Source: a virus (lineage: Duplodnaviria; Caudoviricetes). From it: 64,000 bases of DNA. The DNA is taken from positions 2,170 to 66,169 of the IMG/VR virus record IMGVR_UViG_3300003324_000863, one strand, 5' to 3'. The notes beneath the pieces were generated by a model. The model saw nothing but the letters and a program-made list of their open reading frames with translations, was not told where the DNA came from and ran no database searches. This document shows, piece after piece, positions 9,088 through 17,710 of the stretch (its first letter is position 1; each line of letters starts with the position of its first letter). The position numbers and the translations under genes were made by a program.

Positions 9088-9230
9088 ACATCCCTCCCAC
9101 AGTGCGGACAGACCGTGGCCCAGCGGCTCCGTGTCTTCCGACACAGCTTGCACGTCACGTTCGCGTAGGCCATGAAGAGCGGGAAGCCGATGAGCAGCCC
9201 GAGGAAGCCGATCGCGAGCAGGTTCTCCAC
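9084..9230 (-). CDS. small membrane protein with Zn ribbon
   Basis: Manual translation: TM segment then CKLC..CPHCG; AAGGAGG RBS. Confidence 0.55.
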   Translation of the reverse strand: MENLLAIGFLGLLIGFPLFMAYANVTCKLCRKTRSRWATVCPHCGRDV

Positions 9231-9247
9231 GCCCCACCTCCTTCGAG

Positions 9248-9373
9248 TCAGTCGACCTGCTTCCAGGCGGGGCCGACGATCTGTCGCGGCACGCGGCCAT
9301 CGGGCGGAACCAGCACGTCACGCTGGTAGGTCGCCAGCGTGACCGGGTGCGGGGTCAGGTTAATGACGGTCAT
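9248..9373 (-). CDS. short, probably chimeric ORF
   Basis: MTVINLTPHPV..QIVGPAWKQVD; GAGGAGG RBS. Confidence 0.45.
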   Translation of the reverse strand: MTVINLTPHPVTLATYQRDVLVPPDGRVPRQIVGPAWKQVD

Positions 9374-9374
9374 C

Positions 9375-9566
9375 TCAGTCCTCCTCGCACCAATCGATGG
9401 CATATTCGACAAAGCCACCATCCGTCATGGTGACCGCCACCGGTTCATCCCGGTGCTCGGGGCACCGCACGATCCGTCTCGTGACGAGCCAGCCCTCGCG
9501 CGGCTTGTCGTCGCGCACGCGACGATGACAGTAGTCGCAGACGAGGAAGCGGTGGTGAATTCTCAT
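9375..9566 (-). CDS. small Zn-binding protein
   Basis: CDYC..CPEH. Confidence 0.55.
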   Translation of the reverse strand: MRIHHRFLVCDYCHRRVRDDKPREGWLVTRRIVRCPEHRDEPVAVTMTDGGFVEYAIDWCEED

Positions 9567-9567
9567 C

Positions 9568-9816
9568 TCAGTCCTGCTCGTAGGCCCACGCGCAGTCGTC
9601 GGGGTCACCGCTGCTCATGACGGCATTCTCCAGCGTCTCGCGGGTGACCTCGCTGCGAGGCAGCGGGCCGAGGATAGCAGTGTAGTTGGCCGAATAGCCT
9701 GGTGCATTGTCCTGCTCGAGGATGTAGACCTCGCCGCTTGGATGGTGGCTGAAGAAGCCTCGCCAGGTTTGGCCGTCGTTGTCGGTGTACATCCCGTACT
9801 CTCCGTAACGGCTCAT
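9568..9816 (-). CDS. hypothetical protein
   Basis: MSRYGEYG with AAGGAGG RBS. Confidence 0.6.
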   Translation of the reverse strand: MSRYGEYGMYTDNDGQTWRGFFSHHPSGEVYILEQDNAPGYSANYTAILGPLPRSEVTRETLENAVMSSGDPDDCAWAYEQD

Positions 9817-9859
9817 CAGTAGGGCCTCCTTTACTTTGGCTCTCGTCTCAGGCTTGGGG

Positions 9860-10096
9860 TTACTCGATCTGCCTCCACGCGGGACCGACGATCTGTCCGT
9901 TCTCTTCGTGGGGGTGGATGTACTCCCAGCGATGCCCGAGCTCACATCGAGCGGTTGAGTTCCCGATATCCGCGAGGAACACGGCGCTGCCGTCGATATC
10001 GCACCGAGAGTTTGAGTACACGTCATGCGCCTCAATCTCGGCGGGCGGGACGATCTGCTTCGTGTGCTCGTCGTACCAGGTCGTGGTAAACGTCAT
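9860..10096 (-). CDS. hypothetical protein
   Basis: MTFTTTWY with GAGGAGG RBS and an upstream TATACT. Confidence 0.6.
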   Translation of the reverse strand: MTFTTTWYDEHTKQIVPPAEIEAHDVYSNSRCDIDGSAVFLADIGNSTARCELGHRWEYIHPHEENGQIVGPAWRQIE

Positions 10097-10116
10097 CGGT
10101 AGTCCTCCTCTCCAGT

Positions 10117-10371
10117 TGACCCAGTATACAGGCCGCACCTGCCCAGACAAAGGACTGCGCCCTCGGTCCTCTGGTGTCGCCTTACGTCAAGTAGAACCAT
10201 AACAACTCCTCCGTTTTCCTGCATACTTCCTCACCGTTTCACCATGTATAATCTGGTCAAATTTTGGCTAACTCCCCAAACCCGGGCCAATCCGTGCCTG
10301 GAGTCCTTCATCTTCCGAACGATCTGACCCAGTACCCGACCCACTATCTGACCCAGTATCCTGACCCAGCA
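10117..10371. repeat. putative integrase arm-type sites and attP region
   Basis: YGACCCAS(T/C)A at 10117, 10325, 10337, 10349 and 10362, flanking an AT-rich spacer at 10195-10267. Confidence 0.55.
10145..10186 (-). repeat. dispersed element copy S2 (type B, short)
   Basis: CGTAAGGCGACACCAGAGGACCGAGGGC-GCA-GTCCTTTGTCT. Confidence 0.8.
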
Positions 10372-11464
10372 TTCGGTTCATCGACTCCGCGACGCGCTGC
10401 CGGCTCTCGTCGTACCAGTGACCATACAGGTTCGCCGTGAGCCCGATGTTCGAGTGCCCCAGCGTCCGTGCCACATCATTCAAGGATAGCCCCGAGGCCA
10501 GGAGAAGGGACGCCGCCAGGTGTCTCAGGCCATGGAAGGTCTGCCTGGGGAGCCCCGCCTTCCTGAGGATGTGCTGCATGTGCTTGGTCATCATCGCGGG
10601 GTGGATCGGCTTCCCCCGACGCACCCCACGGAAGAGCAGCTCGTCCTCCGACTCGGGGTGCCGCTTCTCCTTCAGCTTTACCAGCAGATCCCAGGTGAGC
10701 TTCGGGAGTCCCACGACGCGCCGGCTCCTCCGGGTCTTGGCATACTCCTTGACGACGAACTCCTTGTCGATCAGGTGCATCGTCCGGTTCACGGAGACGG
10801 TCCCCTTCTCCAGATCAATGTCCCGCCAGGTGAGAGCCCGCGCCTCCGCGGAGCGTAGCCCACAGGTCGCAGCGATCACGTAGCACAAGCCCAGCCAGTC
10901 GTCTTGGATCACGGCAAGGAACTTCCGTGCCTCCTCAGGCGTCAGGGGCTTCATCTCCTTTCCCTTGACCTGGGGCGCCTCTGCCAGCTTCGCCACGTTC
11001 CGGGTCACCACGCCCCACTTCAGCGCGTGGTTCAGGGCCATCCGCAGGACCGCGCGGTGCTGGCCGATGGTCGACTTCGCCAGGCCCCACTCGAGCTTCT
11101 TGGCAATGTAGGTCTCGACGTGGAGGGGCGTCAGCGCCCGGAGCCGGTACGCACCCAGCCCCGGGATGAGGTGGTGGGTCACGATGCTGGAGAAGGTCTG
11201 GTAGGAGTTCGCCTCGACATGGTTCTTCCGAAGGGCGAGCCAGTCCGTGAGGAAGTCGGCCAGGGTCGGGTCTTCACTCAGCTCGCCCTGCAGCTCGGTC
11301 GGCGGCGTTCCCGTCCCCGCCCGCAGCAGCTCGATGGCCTGGTGGGCCTCCGATTCCGTCCGCCCGTAGACCGAGTGGAGGGTACCCCCGATCGTGATCC
11401 GACCTTCATACCGCCCATCCGGCCGGAGGCGAACGCTCCCTGTGCCCTTAGCCCTCCTGGCCAT
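10268..11464 (-). CDS. int: tyrosine integrase
   Basis: N-terminal arm-binding GSVRLRPDGRYE; catalytic residues in GLRSAE, HGLRH, LGHS and LYGH. Confidence 0.95.
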   Translation of the reverse strand: MARRAKGTGSVRLRPDGRYEGRITIGGTLHSVYGRTESEAHQAIELLRAGTGTPPTELQGELSEDPTLADFLTDWLALRKNHVEANSYQTFSSIVTHHLIPGLGAYRLRALTPLHVETYIAKKLEWGLAKSTIGQHRAVLRMALNHALKWGVVTRNVAKLAEAPQVKGKEMKPLTPEEARKFLAVIQDDWLGLCYVIAATCGLRSAEARALTWRDIDLEKGTVSVNRTMHLIDKEFVVKEYAKTRRSRRVVGLPKLTWDLLVKLKEKRHPESEDELLFRGVRRGKPIHPAMMTKHMQHILRKAGLPRQTFHGLRHLAASLLLASGLSLNDVARTLGHSNIGLTANLYGHWYDESRQRVAESMNRMLGQDTGSDSGSGTGSDRSEDEGLQARIGPGLGS

Positions 11465-12881
11465 CGCCCTGCTGCCAGCGCTCCCGATCCTTCTGGATGA
11501 TGTCGAAGACCGGCGATCGCTCCTCTTCAGGTGGTGCTGTTTCGGTCTCTGTGATCTGATTCACATTCACCTTGAGGAACTCGGGCCGGTTGGCGAACCA
11601 CATCTTCAGGTAGTCCACCGCCCGCTGGAGGTCCTGCCGCCGGCCCATGGGCGCCGATGCCCCGACCTCGAACGCGCCGGTCTTCATCCAGATCGAGTCC
11701 TCGGTGATCGGGACCGCGGTGTGCTGGGCGATGGCGCCGAAGAACTCCCGAATGTCCTCCGCACTCGCGTCATCCTTGACCTCGTGGTAGAAGCCCGCCA
11801 GGACCCGCAGGAATGCCGTACTCCCGAGGAGGCTCGTCGTCCGGAGGTACTGAGGGCTGATGTCCTTGGTCAGCATCTTCTCCACATCAGGGAAGGCCTT
11901 GAACAGGATCGTCAGGAACTGCTTCGTCGTGTCGGCCAGCTCCCGGTCCTTGTGACTTCGCTCCGCCTCCCGCTCCATGGCCCGGCCCACGCGGCCAGAG
12001 ATCCCCACCTCGATGTCCCGCGTCAGGTCCGCGATGTGCTTGGCGCTGATCCAGTACGGGCTCTTCCCCGTGGTCCGGTCCCGCGCCAGGTCGACGACGT
12101 CCTTCAGGGCCGGCATCTCGAGCACGTAGTCCGTGGCACGGTTCACCACCTTGCGCCGGTCGAAGAGGACCCGCAGCGTGGCCCCCACCCCGAGCTGGGT
12201 ATCGTTGATATCGACGAACATCTGCTCGTAGACCCGTTTGTCGTCCGTTACGTGAATTTGGATGCTTATCCGCTCGTTGAAGAACCGCCGCCGCTCGGCC
12301 TCCAGGTCCCGCAGCTGCTTCTCGAAGTGGGCCACGAGGCCATGGTTCTCATCTCGCTTCGCTGCGGCGAGGGAGCTCCGAGTGTCGTCGATCTTCTTGT
12401 TGAGCTCCCGGTAGGCAACGTGCAGGCCCTTGACCCGGTGCTGCCCGTCCAGGATGTGCAGGTCCCCCCGCGCGTCGCGAGGAATAGAGAGCACCCCGAA
12501 CTGGCTCCCCCCGATTTCCTCATGCGCCTCGAAGTGGAATCGATCCCCAGGAGCCCGCAGAAGCAAGGCCCCCGAGACCCAGTCCTCATTCCCCCGCACG
12601 TAGTCTCCGAAGCCCTTGGCATGTGGGACGTTCAGGGGGCGCTGCCCTGTGTCAACCGTCTCCGACTCAGGCTCCGGAAGCGATGCAACGATCGCTGCGA
12701 GGCTGAGATCGATCGAGTAGACCGTCCGCTTTCCCTGGTGATACCGGGTTGCGAAGTAGCGGTCTGCCGTGTCGTACCCCGTGAGGGCCACGTTCTCCCC
12801 CGAAGGTAAGACCACCTCTGCCCCCTGATCCTGTTCTTCGGCCCGCCGACGCCGCGGCCGGGCCTTCGCTGGCTCGCTCAT
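11448..12881 (-). CDS. DGQHR-domain (DndB-like, ParB/Srx fold) protein
   Basis: QRPLN..HA, ILDGQHRV and QMFVDIN motifs; its 3' end overlaps the integrase start. Confidence 0.85.
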   Translation of the reverse strand: MSEPAKARPRRRRAEEQDQGAEVVLPSGENVALTGYDTADRYFATRYHQGKRTVYSIDLSLAAIVASLPEPESETVDTGQRPLNVPHAKGFGDYVRGNEDWVSGALLLRAPGDRFHFEAHEEIGGSQFGVLSIPRDARGDLHILDGQHRVKGLHVAYRELNKKIDDTRSSLAAAKRDENHGLVAHFEKQLRDLEAERRRFFNERISIQIHVTDDKRVYEQMFVDINDTQLGVGATLRVLFDRRKVVNRATDYVLEMPALKDVVDLARDRTTGKSPYWISAKHIADLTRDIEVGISGRVGRAMEREAERSHKDRELADTTKQFLTILFKAFPDVEKMLTKDISPQYLRTTSLLGSTAFLRVLAGFYHEVKDDASAEDIREFFGAIAQHTAVPITEDSIWMKTGAFEVGASAPMGRRQDLQRAVDYLKMWFANRPEFLKVNVNQITETETAPPEEERSPVFDIIQKDRERWQQGDGQEG

Positions 12882-12980
12882 GACTATTCCTTTCCGCCGT
12901 TAGGCGTTTATGTGCTTAATAAGCATACCTCACATGTGATCTGGTTAACAAGAAGTATTCGGTAACTGTTCAGGAATGTT

Positions 12981-13178
12981 TCAGGAAACAGCCCGTAACC
13001 TGTATAGCACATAATGTGAATGATACCCGGGGACATAGATCAGCTCCCCCTCTTCCAGATCCTCGACGACCTGATACCCCAGCTTCTCAACCGATCGCGC
13101 CTCATCATCGCTGCACGGCTCGTCCTGGACCTCAACCTCCTCGTCGGAAATCCGGTACGCTGGGAACAACTGGAACAT
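12981..13178 (-). CDS. small acidic hypothetical protein
   Basis: ORF with GGAGG RBS. Confidence 0.5.
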   Translation of the reverse strand: MFQLFPAYRISDEEVEVQDEPCSDDEARSVEKLGYQVVEDLEEGELIYVPGYHSHYVLYRLRAVS

Positions 13179-13259
13179 CCGTTCTATACCTCCACTGTCT
13201 TAGATAAGCGATGCCCTCCTCCTGAATTCTCAGTGGGGTCGTGACATAATGGAACAGGC

Positions 13260-13460
13260 GTGGCCACAATGCTACCACCAGCGCACGAGTATTTCAACAT
13301 CGTTACATCCCCTCACACTGGAATACCGTCCATGCATGACGCCTCTCCGAATAAGCCGCCTAAGTCCATTCCCTGCCCGGTCTGCGGCCATCCGATCCCC
13401 GACCTGGCCGGCACGAAGCAGCCCTGCCCGAACTGCGGCTACCGAGAGGGTTGCTGTTAA
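13260..13460 (+). CDS. small Zn-ribbon protein
   Basis: CPVCG..CPNCG. Confidence 0.5.
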   Translation: MATMLPPAHEYFNIVTSPHTGIPSMHDASPNKPPKSIPCPVCGHPIPDLAGTKQPCPNCGYREGCC

Positions 13461-13469
13461 AATTACTAT

Positions 13470-14147
13470 ATGGATACCCCGCAGCCGACCCAGGTCCCGA
13501 ACGTCACGCTCTTCTGGAGGACTGACGAGCCCCCGAAGGCGAAACAAGCGTTCAAGGACTACCTTGCCCTCGGACCCTCCCGCTCGATCGAGCTGCTCTA
13601 CGAGAGCTACCTGCGGGCCGCTGAGGAGACGGACACCAAGCCCTTCGCCCCACCCGCCACGCTCCGCAAGTGGGCGACCGAGTTCAACTGGGACCAGCGC
13701 CTCACCGAGCAGTCCGAGGCGGCCTCCTATGACGAGGAGATGAACCGCCTGGACCTCATGCGCCTGGAGCACGAGCACGCGGTGAAGCGGATCGAGGCGT
13801 GGGACGAGGTGCAGGAAGAGCACCGCTCCCGCATGGTGGACCTGGGCAATAAGCTCTACTCCCGGATCCTCGAGATGCTGGCCCAGCCCATCGTCAAGGA
13901 TGAGATCGACGAGGATGGGGTCACGGTCATCCGCTACCCGATCAAGTACGCCGCGTCGGATATTGCTCGCTACGTCGAGGTCATGGACAAGCTCGTGCGC
14001 CTGGCCGCCGAGATGGATACCTCCCGGGACAAGACAACGATCATCAGCGAAGAGCAGATCGACGCCGCCGCCCGGCAGTACGGGGTCCGGCGCGAGGACC
14101 TGGTCCGACGGCTGGACGAGATCACCAAGACCCTTACCAAGAAATAA
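13470..14147 (+). CDS. terminase small subunit (putative)
   Basis: AKQAFKDYLALGPSRS..LRKWATEFNWDQR HTH followed by a helical region, a common TerS type. Confidence 0.7.
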   Translation: MDTPQPTQVPNVTLFWRTDEPPKAKQAFKDYLALGPSRSIELLYESYLRAAEETDTKPFAPPATLRKWATEFNWDQRLTEQSEAASYDEEMNRLDLMRLEHEHAVKRIEAWDEVQEEHRSRMVDLGNKLYSRILEMLAQPIVKDEIDEDGVTVIRYPIKYAASDIARYVEVMDKLVRLAAEMDTSRDKTTIISEEQIDAAARQYGVRREDLVRRLDEITKTLTKK

Positions 14148-14168
14148 GCGCGTAACGCCGGAGGCATC

Positions 14169-14537
14169 GTGGCGAACGAGATCTCATACACGATCATCGG
14201 CAAGCTCCAGAACGGGGGCTTCACCGACGATCTAGGGACCGTGACCTATGCCTTCGACCAGTCCGCCGAGGGCGCCTGGCGCAACATCGTGACCGTGACG
14301 ACCTCCGAAGGAGACATCACCCCGACCGGCATCACCACGGCTGGGTACTGCTTCATAAAGAACCTCGATACGACCAACTACGTCCAGGTCGGACCCAAGA
14401 GCGGGGGCTCCATGGTCGCGTTCACCAAGATCAAGCCGGGCCGCTTCGTGATCCTCCCACTCGATCCGGGGGCGACGATTCGGGCCAAGGCCAACACCGC
14501 TTCCTGCCTCGTGGACATCCGCATCTGGAATGACTAA
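14169..14537 (+). CDS. putative virion protein
   Basis: Beta-rich, IKNLDTTNYVQ; GGAGG RBS. Confidence 0.65.
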   Translation: MANEISYTIIGKLQNGGFTDDLGTVTYAFDQSAEGAWRNIVTVTTSEGDITPTGITTAGYCFIKNLDTTNYVQVGPKSGGSMVAFTKIKPGRFVILPLDPGATIRAKANTASCLVDIRIWND

Positions 14538-14597
14538 GCGTGCAGAGTGACGAGGACCGTCCATTCGTGAAGGGGGAACTTCACCTAGGGACGTGCC

Positions 14598-15314
14598 GTG
14601 AGCGACTTCACCAGCATCCAGTTCCAGTTCAACAGTAATACGAACGCCAGCCCGACGTGGACCGACCTCATCGGGGCGAACCACGAGCTGCGCTTCCACG
14701 ACACGAACACGGCCGGCCTCTCGACCGCCTCAGCCGCGTGGCCCTACGTGACGCGCCCCTCCTCGACCGGCATGGTGAGCTACGCCTATGGCTATACCGC
14801 CGACGCCGTTGGACTCGGGCTCATCGGGTCCGGCGGCGCGCCGACCGCCTGGGCGCGGACGAACTATCTCCAGTACCGCTGGCACTGGGACAACACGGGC
14901 ACCTTCGCCTCGGCTCCCGTCATCACCTGCTACGCCACGACCGCCCACGCGGCGATCACGAGGGGCGACGGCTCCATCCTGGGCGGCCATGCGACGGATA
15001 CCGGCGCGACGGCGAAGAGCTACATCAAGTGCGCCATCTTCGGGCGCGTCGGGAGCGCGGGCGTTCCCGCGGCGGCACCCGGTGCCGATCCGGTCGTGAC
15101 CGATGGGACGGTGGGCTCGATCAGCCCGACCGCCGGGGCGAATTGGAGCGGCTGGCAGGGGCTCATGGGGGACAACGACTGGCTGACCAGCGTCTTCACG
15201 CCCGCGGCGACGACGGCTGATGACCTGTACGAAGAGCTGACCATGTTCGATGGGCCGAACGAGACGCCTGGGGTGCTGCTGCCCGTTCACAGCTTCAAAT
15301 ACACCTATGCGTAG
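14598..15314 (+). CDS. putative tail/virion protein, paralog 1
   Basis: G/A/T-rich; paralogous to the next gene. Confidence 0.7.
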   Translation: MSDFTSIQFQFNSNTNASPTWTDLIGANHELRFHDTNTAGLSTASAAWPYVTRPSSTGMVSYAYGYTADAVGLGLIGSGGAPTAWARTNYLQYRWHWDNTGTFASAPVITCYATTAHAAITRGDGSILGGHATDTGATAKSYIKCAIFGRVGSAGVPAAAPGADPVVTDGTVGSISPTAGANWSGWQGLMGDNDWLTSVFTPAATTADDLYEELTMFDGPNETPGVLLPVHSFKYTYA

Positions 15315-15323
15315 CGGGGACGC

Positions 15324-16046
15324 ATGACCGCGTTCGGCAGCATCACCTTCGAGCCCAATGTCGGATCGCAAGGCTCGCCCGACTGGAGCCACAACCTCGT
15401 CGGGGGCGCCGGGAGCGGCAAGGAGTTGCGCTTCTACGACTCGGACGCGGCCGGCCTCGCAATAGGATCGCTCGCCTGGCCCTTTATCACGCAGCCGGCG
15501 AGCGCTCAGGCGATTCCCTACGCCTACGCCTACACCACGGACACCACCGGCTACGGCGTGCTGGGGAACGGCGGCAATCCAGCGGCGTTCACCATCAGCA
15601 ACTACCTGCAATACCGCTGGCACTGGGACGCGGTGGGCACCTTCGCAGCAGCGCCGCTCACGACCTGCTACCACTCATCACTCCGCACAGACCTCTCACG
15701 CGGCGACGGCACGATCCCCGGCGGCGCGGTGCCCGATACGGGCGCGGCAACCGCTCGGAGTTACCTCAAGGGCGCGGCCTGGGGCGCGGTCGGGACGCCA
15801 TCGGGTGCGCCGTCCGGTGCGCCGACCGCGACCGATGGATCGACGGGAGCTGTGACCGCGGGTCCGGGCGCGGCCTGGAGCGCGTGGCAGGGGCTCATGG
15901 GCAACATCGACTGGATCGTTGCTGGCTTCACGCCGGCGGGGGCGGCGGCCAACTGGTGGAACGTCATGCTCGAGATGTTCCTCGGTCCAACCATCACGCC
16001 CGGCGAGCTGGTCCCGATCCTCTCGCTCAAGTTCACGTTCACGTGA
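15324..16046 (+). CDS. putative tail/virion protein, paralog 2
   Basis: Shares NYLQYRWHWD..GTFA..WQGLMG with 14598-15314. Confidence 0.7.
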   Translation: MTAFGSITFEPNVGSQGSPDWSHNLVGGAGSGKELRFYDSDAAGLAIGSLAWPFITQPASAQAIPYAYAYTTDTTGYGVLGNGGNPAAFTISNYLQYRWHWDAVGTFAAAPLTTCYHSSLRTDLSRGDGTIPGGAVPDTGAATARSYLKGAAWGAVGTPSGAPSGAPTATDGSTGAVTAGPGAAWSAWQGLMGNIDWIVAGFTPAGAAANWWNVMLEMFLGPTITPGELVPILSLKFTFT

Positions 16047-16053
16047 GGCAGGA

Positions 16054-16755
16054 ATGACGCACATCCTCTCCGGTATGCAGGACGCCATCTGGGCCAATCG
16101 GGTCTACGCTCGGCCGCAGGCGATCATGGCGCGCGCGAATGGGCAGTCCTTCTGGGCTGCGCGCTTCCGTGACCGGGTGGACCTCTACGAGTGGGACTGC
16201 CCGTGGGAGGAAATCCCGAAGGCCACGAAGAAGACGATGGTCGAGTTGCGCCTGTGCTGCCCCAACGGCCGGGTCCTGCCCCTCGGGGCCGAGCCGGCAC
16301 CGGGCGCGGGAAGACGGATCGACTTCGGGGAGCGCTTCTTTCAGTTCAAGGTCGCAGCCGTGACGACGGGAGCCATGCGCGGGGTGAGCAGCATCGTCGA
16401 TCTCATGAGTGGCCGACAGAGTCCCATGCAGCTCCAGGGCCACGTCATCGGCTTCATCGACGGCGTAAATGGAGAGTGCATCCTCCATGCGTGGGAGCCG
16501 CCGTGGAAGGTGAGCTACGAGGAGCAGTACGACGACTCGCGCCCCCAGGACTTCCAGGCCCCGGCGAACGATGGGAGTGGGGGCGTCGTGTGGCTCCCCA
16601 GGAAGACCATCGTTGAGCGCCATCCTGGCGTCACTCGGGAAGGGATGCGCTGCCGGATCGAGGCATTGACCGGGAAGGAGATTCGGATCGTGGGCTACCA
16701 GGACAACGTCTTGACCCGGCTCAGCCAGGACGTGCTCGGGATCAGGGCGGACTAG
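16054..16755 (+). CDS. hypothetical protein
   Basis: MTHILSG start just after the upstream stop. Confidence 0.6.
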   Translation: MTHILSGMQDAIWANRVYARPQAIMARANGQSFWAARFRDRVDLYEWDCPWEEIPKATKKTMVELRLCCPNGRVLPLGAEPAPGAGRRIDFGERFFQFKVAAVTTGAMRGVSSIVDLMSGRQSPMQLQGHVIGFIDGVNGECILHAWEPPWKVSYEEQYDDSRPQDFQAPANDGSGGVVWLPRKTIVERHPGVTREGMRCRIEALTGKEIRIVGYQDNVLTRLSQDVLGIRAD

Positions 16756-16759
16756 GCTC

Positions 16760-17707
16760 GTGAGTACCGAGAAGCTGATCCTCAGCTACGTCACCAACCC
16801 GAACACCGACACGCCCGACACGACGCTCAACAACGGCGGGACGCTGACTTCGGGGGCGACCTCGCTCACCGTGAACACGCTCCCCGCCGGCGTCTCGGCC
16901 GCCCAGTTCCGCATCAAGATCGACGACGAAATTCTGCTCGTGACGGCCATCGGCGGGACCGGCAACAAGACGTGGACGGTGACGAGGGGCGTGGAGGGCA
17001 CGTCTGCCGCCTCACACGTTGACGGGAGCAACGTCTACATCATCCCGACGCCGGGTGGGTTCCTCCAGTGGCTCCAGGACACGATCCTCGGATCGACCGC
17101 CCCCGCTGATCCAGGGAATGCTGCGTCCAACGGGTCCGGCACCGAAGTCGCGCGGGCGAACCATGTCCACCGCGGCGGCCTGGTGCTGTTGGAGCAGCAC
17201 ACCGCGTCCACGTCGGCCTCGCTCGACTTCACGACGTGCATCACCGCGACCTACGACGAGTACCTCTTCGAGCTCCTGAACCTGATCCCCGCCACGAACA
17301 ACGTCAATCTCTGGCTGCGCATGTCGACAGACGGCGGGGCGACCTACGACTCGGGGACCAACTACGGGTGGTCCGTCAACCGGTTCAGCAGCGGTGGTGG
17401 GGCGTTCTCGGGCGGCAACAGCGGACAGGCATCAATCGTCATCGACGGCGGCGGGGCCGGAGACAAGGTATCGAACAGCAGCAACTACGGCATCTCCGGC
17501 TCGCTGCGGCTCTTCTCCCCCTCGAGCACGAGCCTGTACAAAGCCGCCTCCTGGCAAACCAATATGTTCTCAGCCGCATCCTCCATCCAGCCAGCGTATG
17601 GGGGCGGCTTCTACCTGTCGACGACGGCGGTCAACGCCGTCCGGTTCCTCTTCAGCAGTGGCAACATCACGTCCGGGATCGTCCGTGCATTCGGCGTGAT
17701 GAAGTAG
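16760..17707 (+). CDS. tail fibre / receptor-binding protein
   Basis: IKIDDEILLVT..TVTRGVEGT..H module, ARANHVH knuckle and a C-terminal beta-sandwich (NAVRFLFSSGNITSG). Confidence 0.75.
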   Translation: MSTEKLILSYVTNPNTDTPDTTLNNGGTLTSGATSLTVNTLPAGVSAAQFRIKIDDEILLVTAIGGTGNKTWTVTRGVEGTSAASHVDGSNVYIIPTPGGFLQWLQDTILGSTAPADPGNAASNGSGTEVARANHVHRGGLVLLEQHTASTSASLDFTTCITATYDEYLFELLNLIPATNNVNLWLRMSTDGGATYDSGTNYGWSVNRFSSGGGAFSGGNSGQASIVIDGGGAGDKVSNSSNYGISGSLRLFSPSSTSLYKAASWQTNMFSAASSIQPAYGGGFYLSTTAVNAVRFLFSSGNITSGIVRAFGVMK

Positions 17708-17710
17708 CCG

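Noticed and set aside
10195-10320. tRNA-derived attP core
   Set aside because: No recognisable tRNA 3' or T-loop sequence; the core cannot be defined without the host genome.
11394-12809. Long antisense ORFs (for example 11394-12809+, 17570-19081-, 26757-28211-, 28270-29733-, 42131-43744+)
   Set aside because: These are shadow frames typical of high-GC coding DNA, opposite genes with clear motifs. They lack RBSs and recognisable domains.
11448-12881. DNA phosphorothioation (dnd) system
   Set aside because: Only a DndB-like gene is present; no dndA/C/D/E or ssp genes were recognised.
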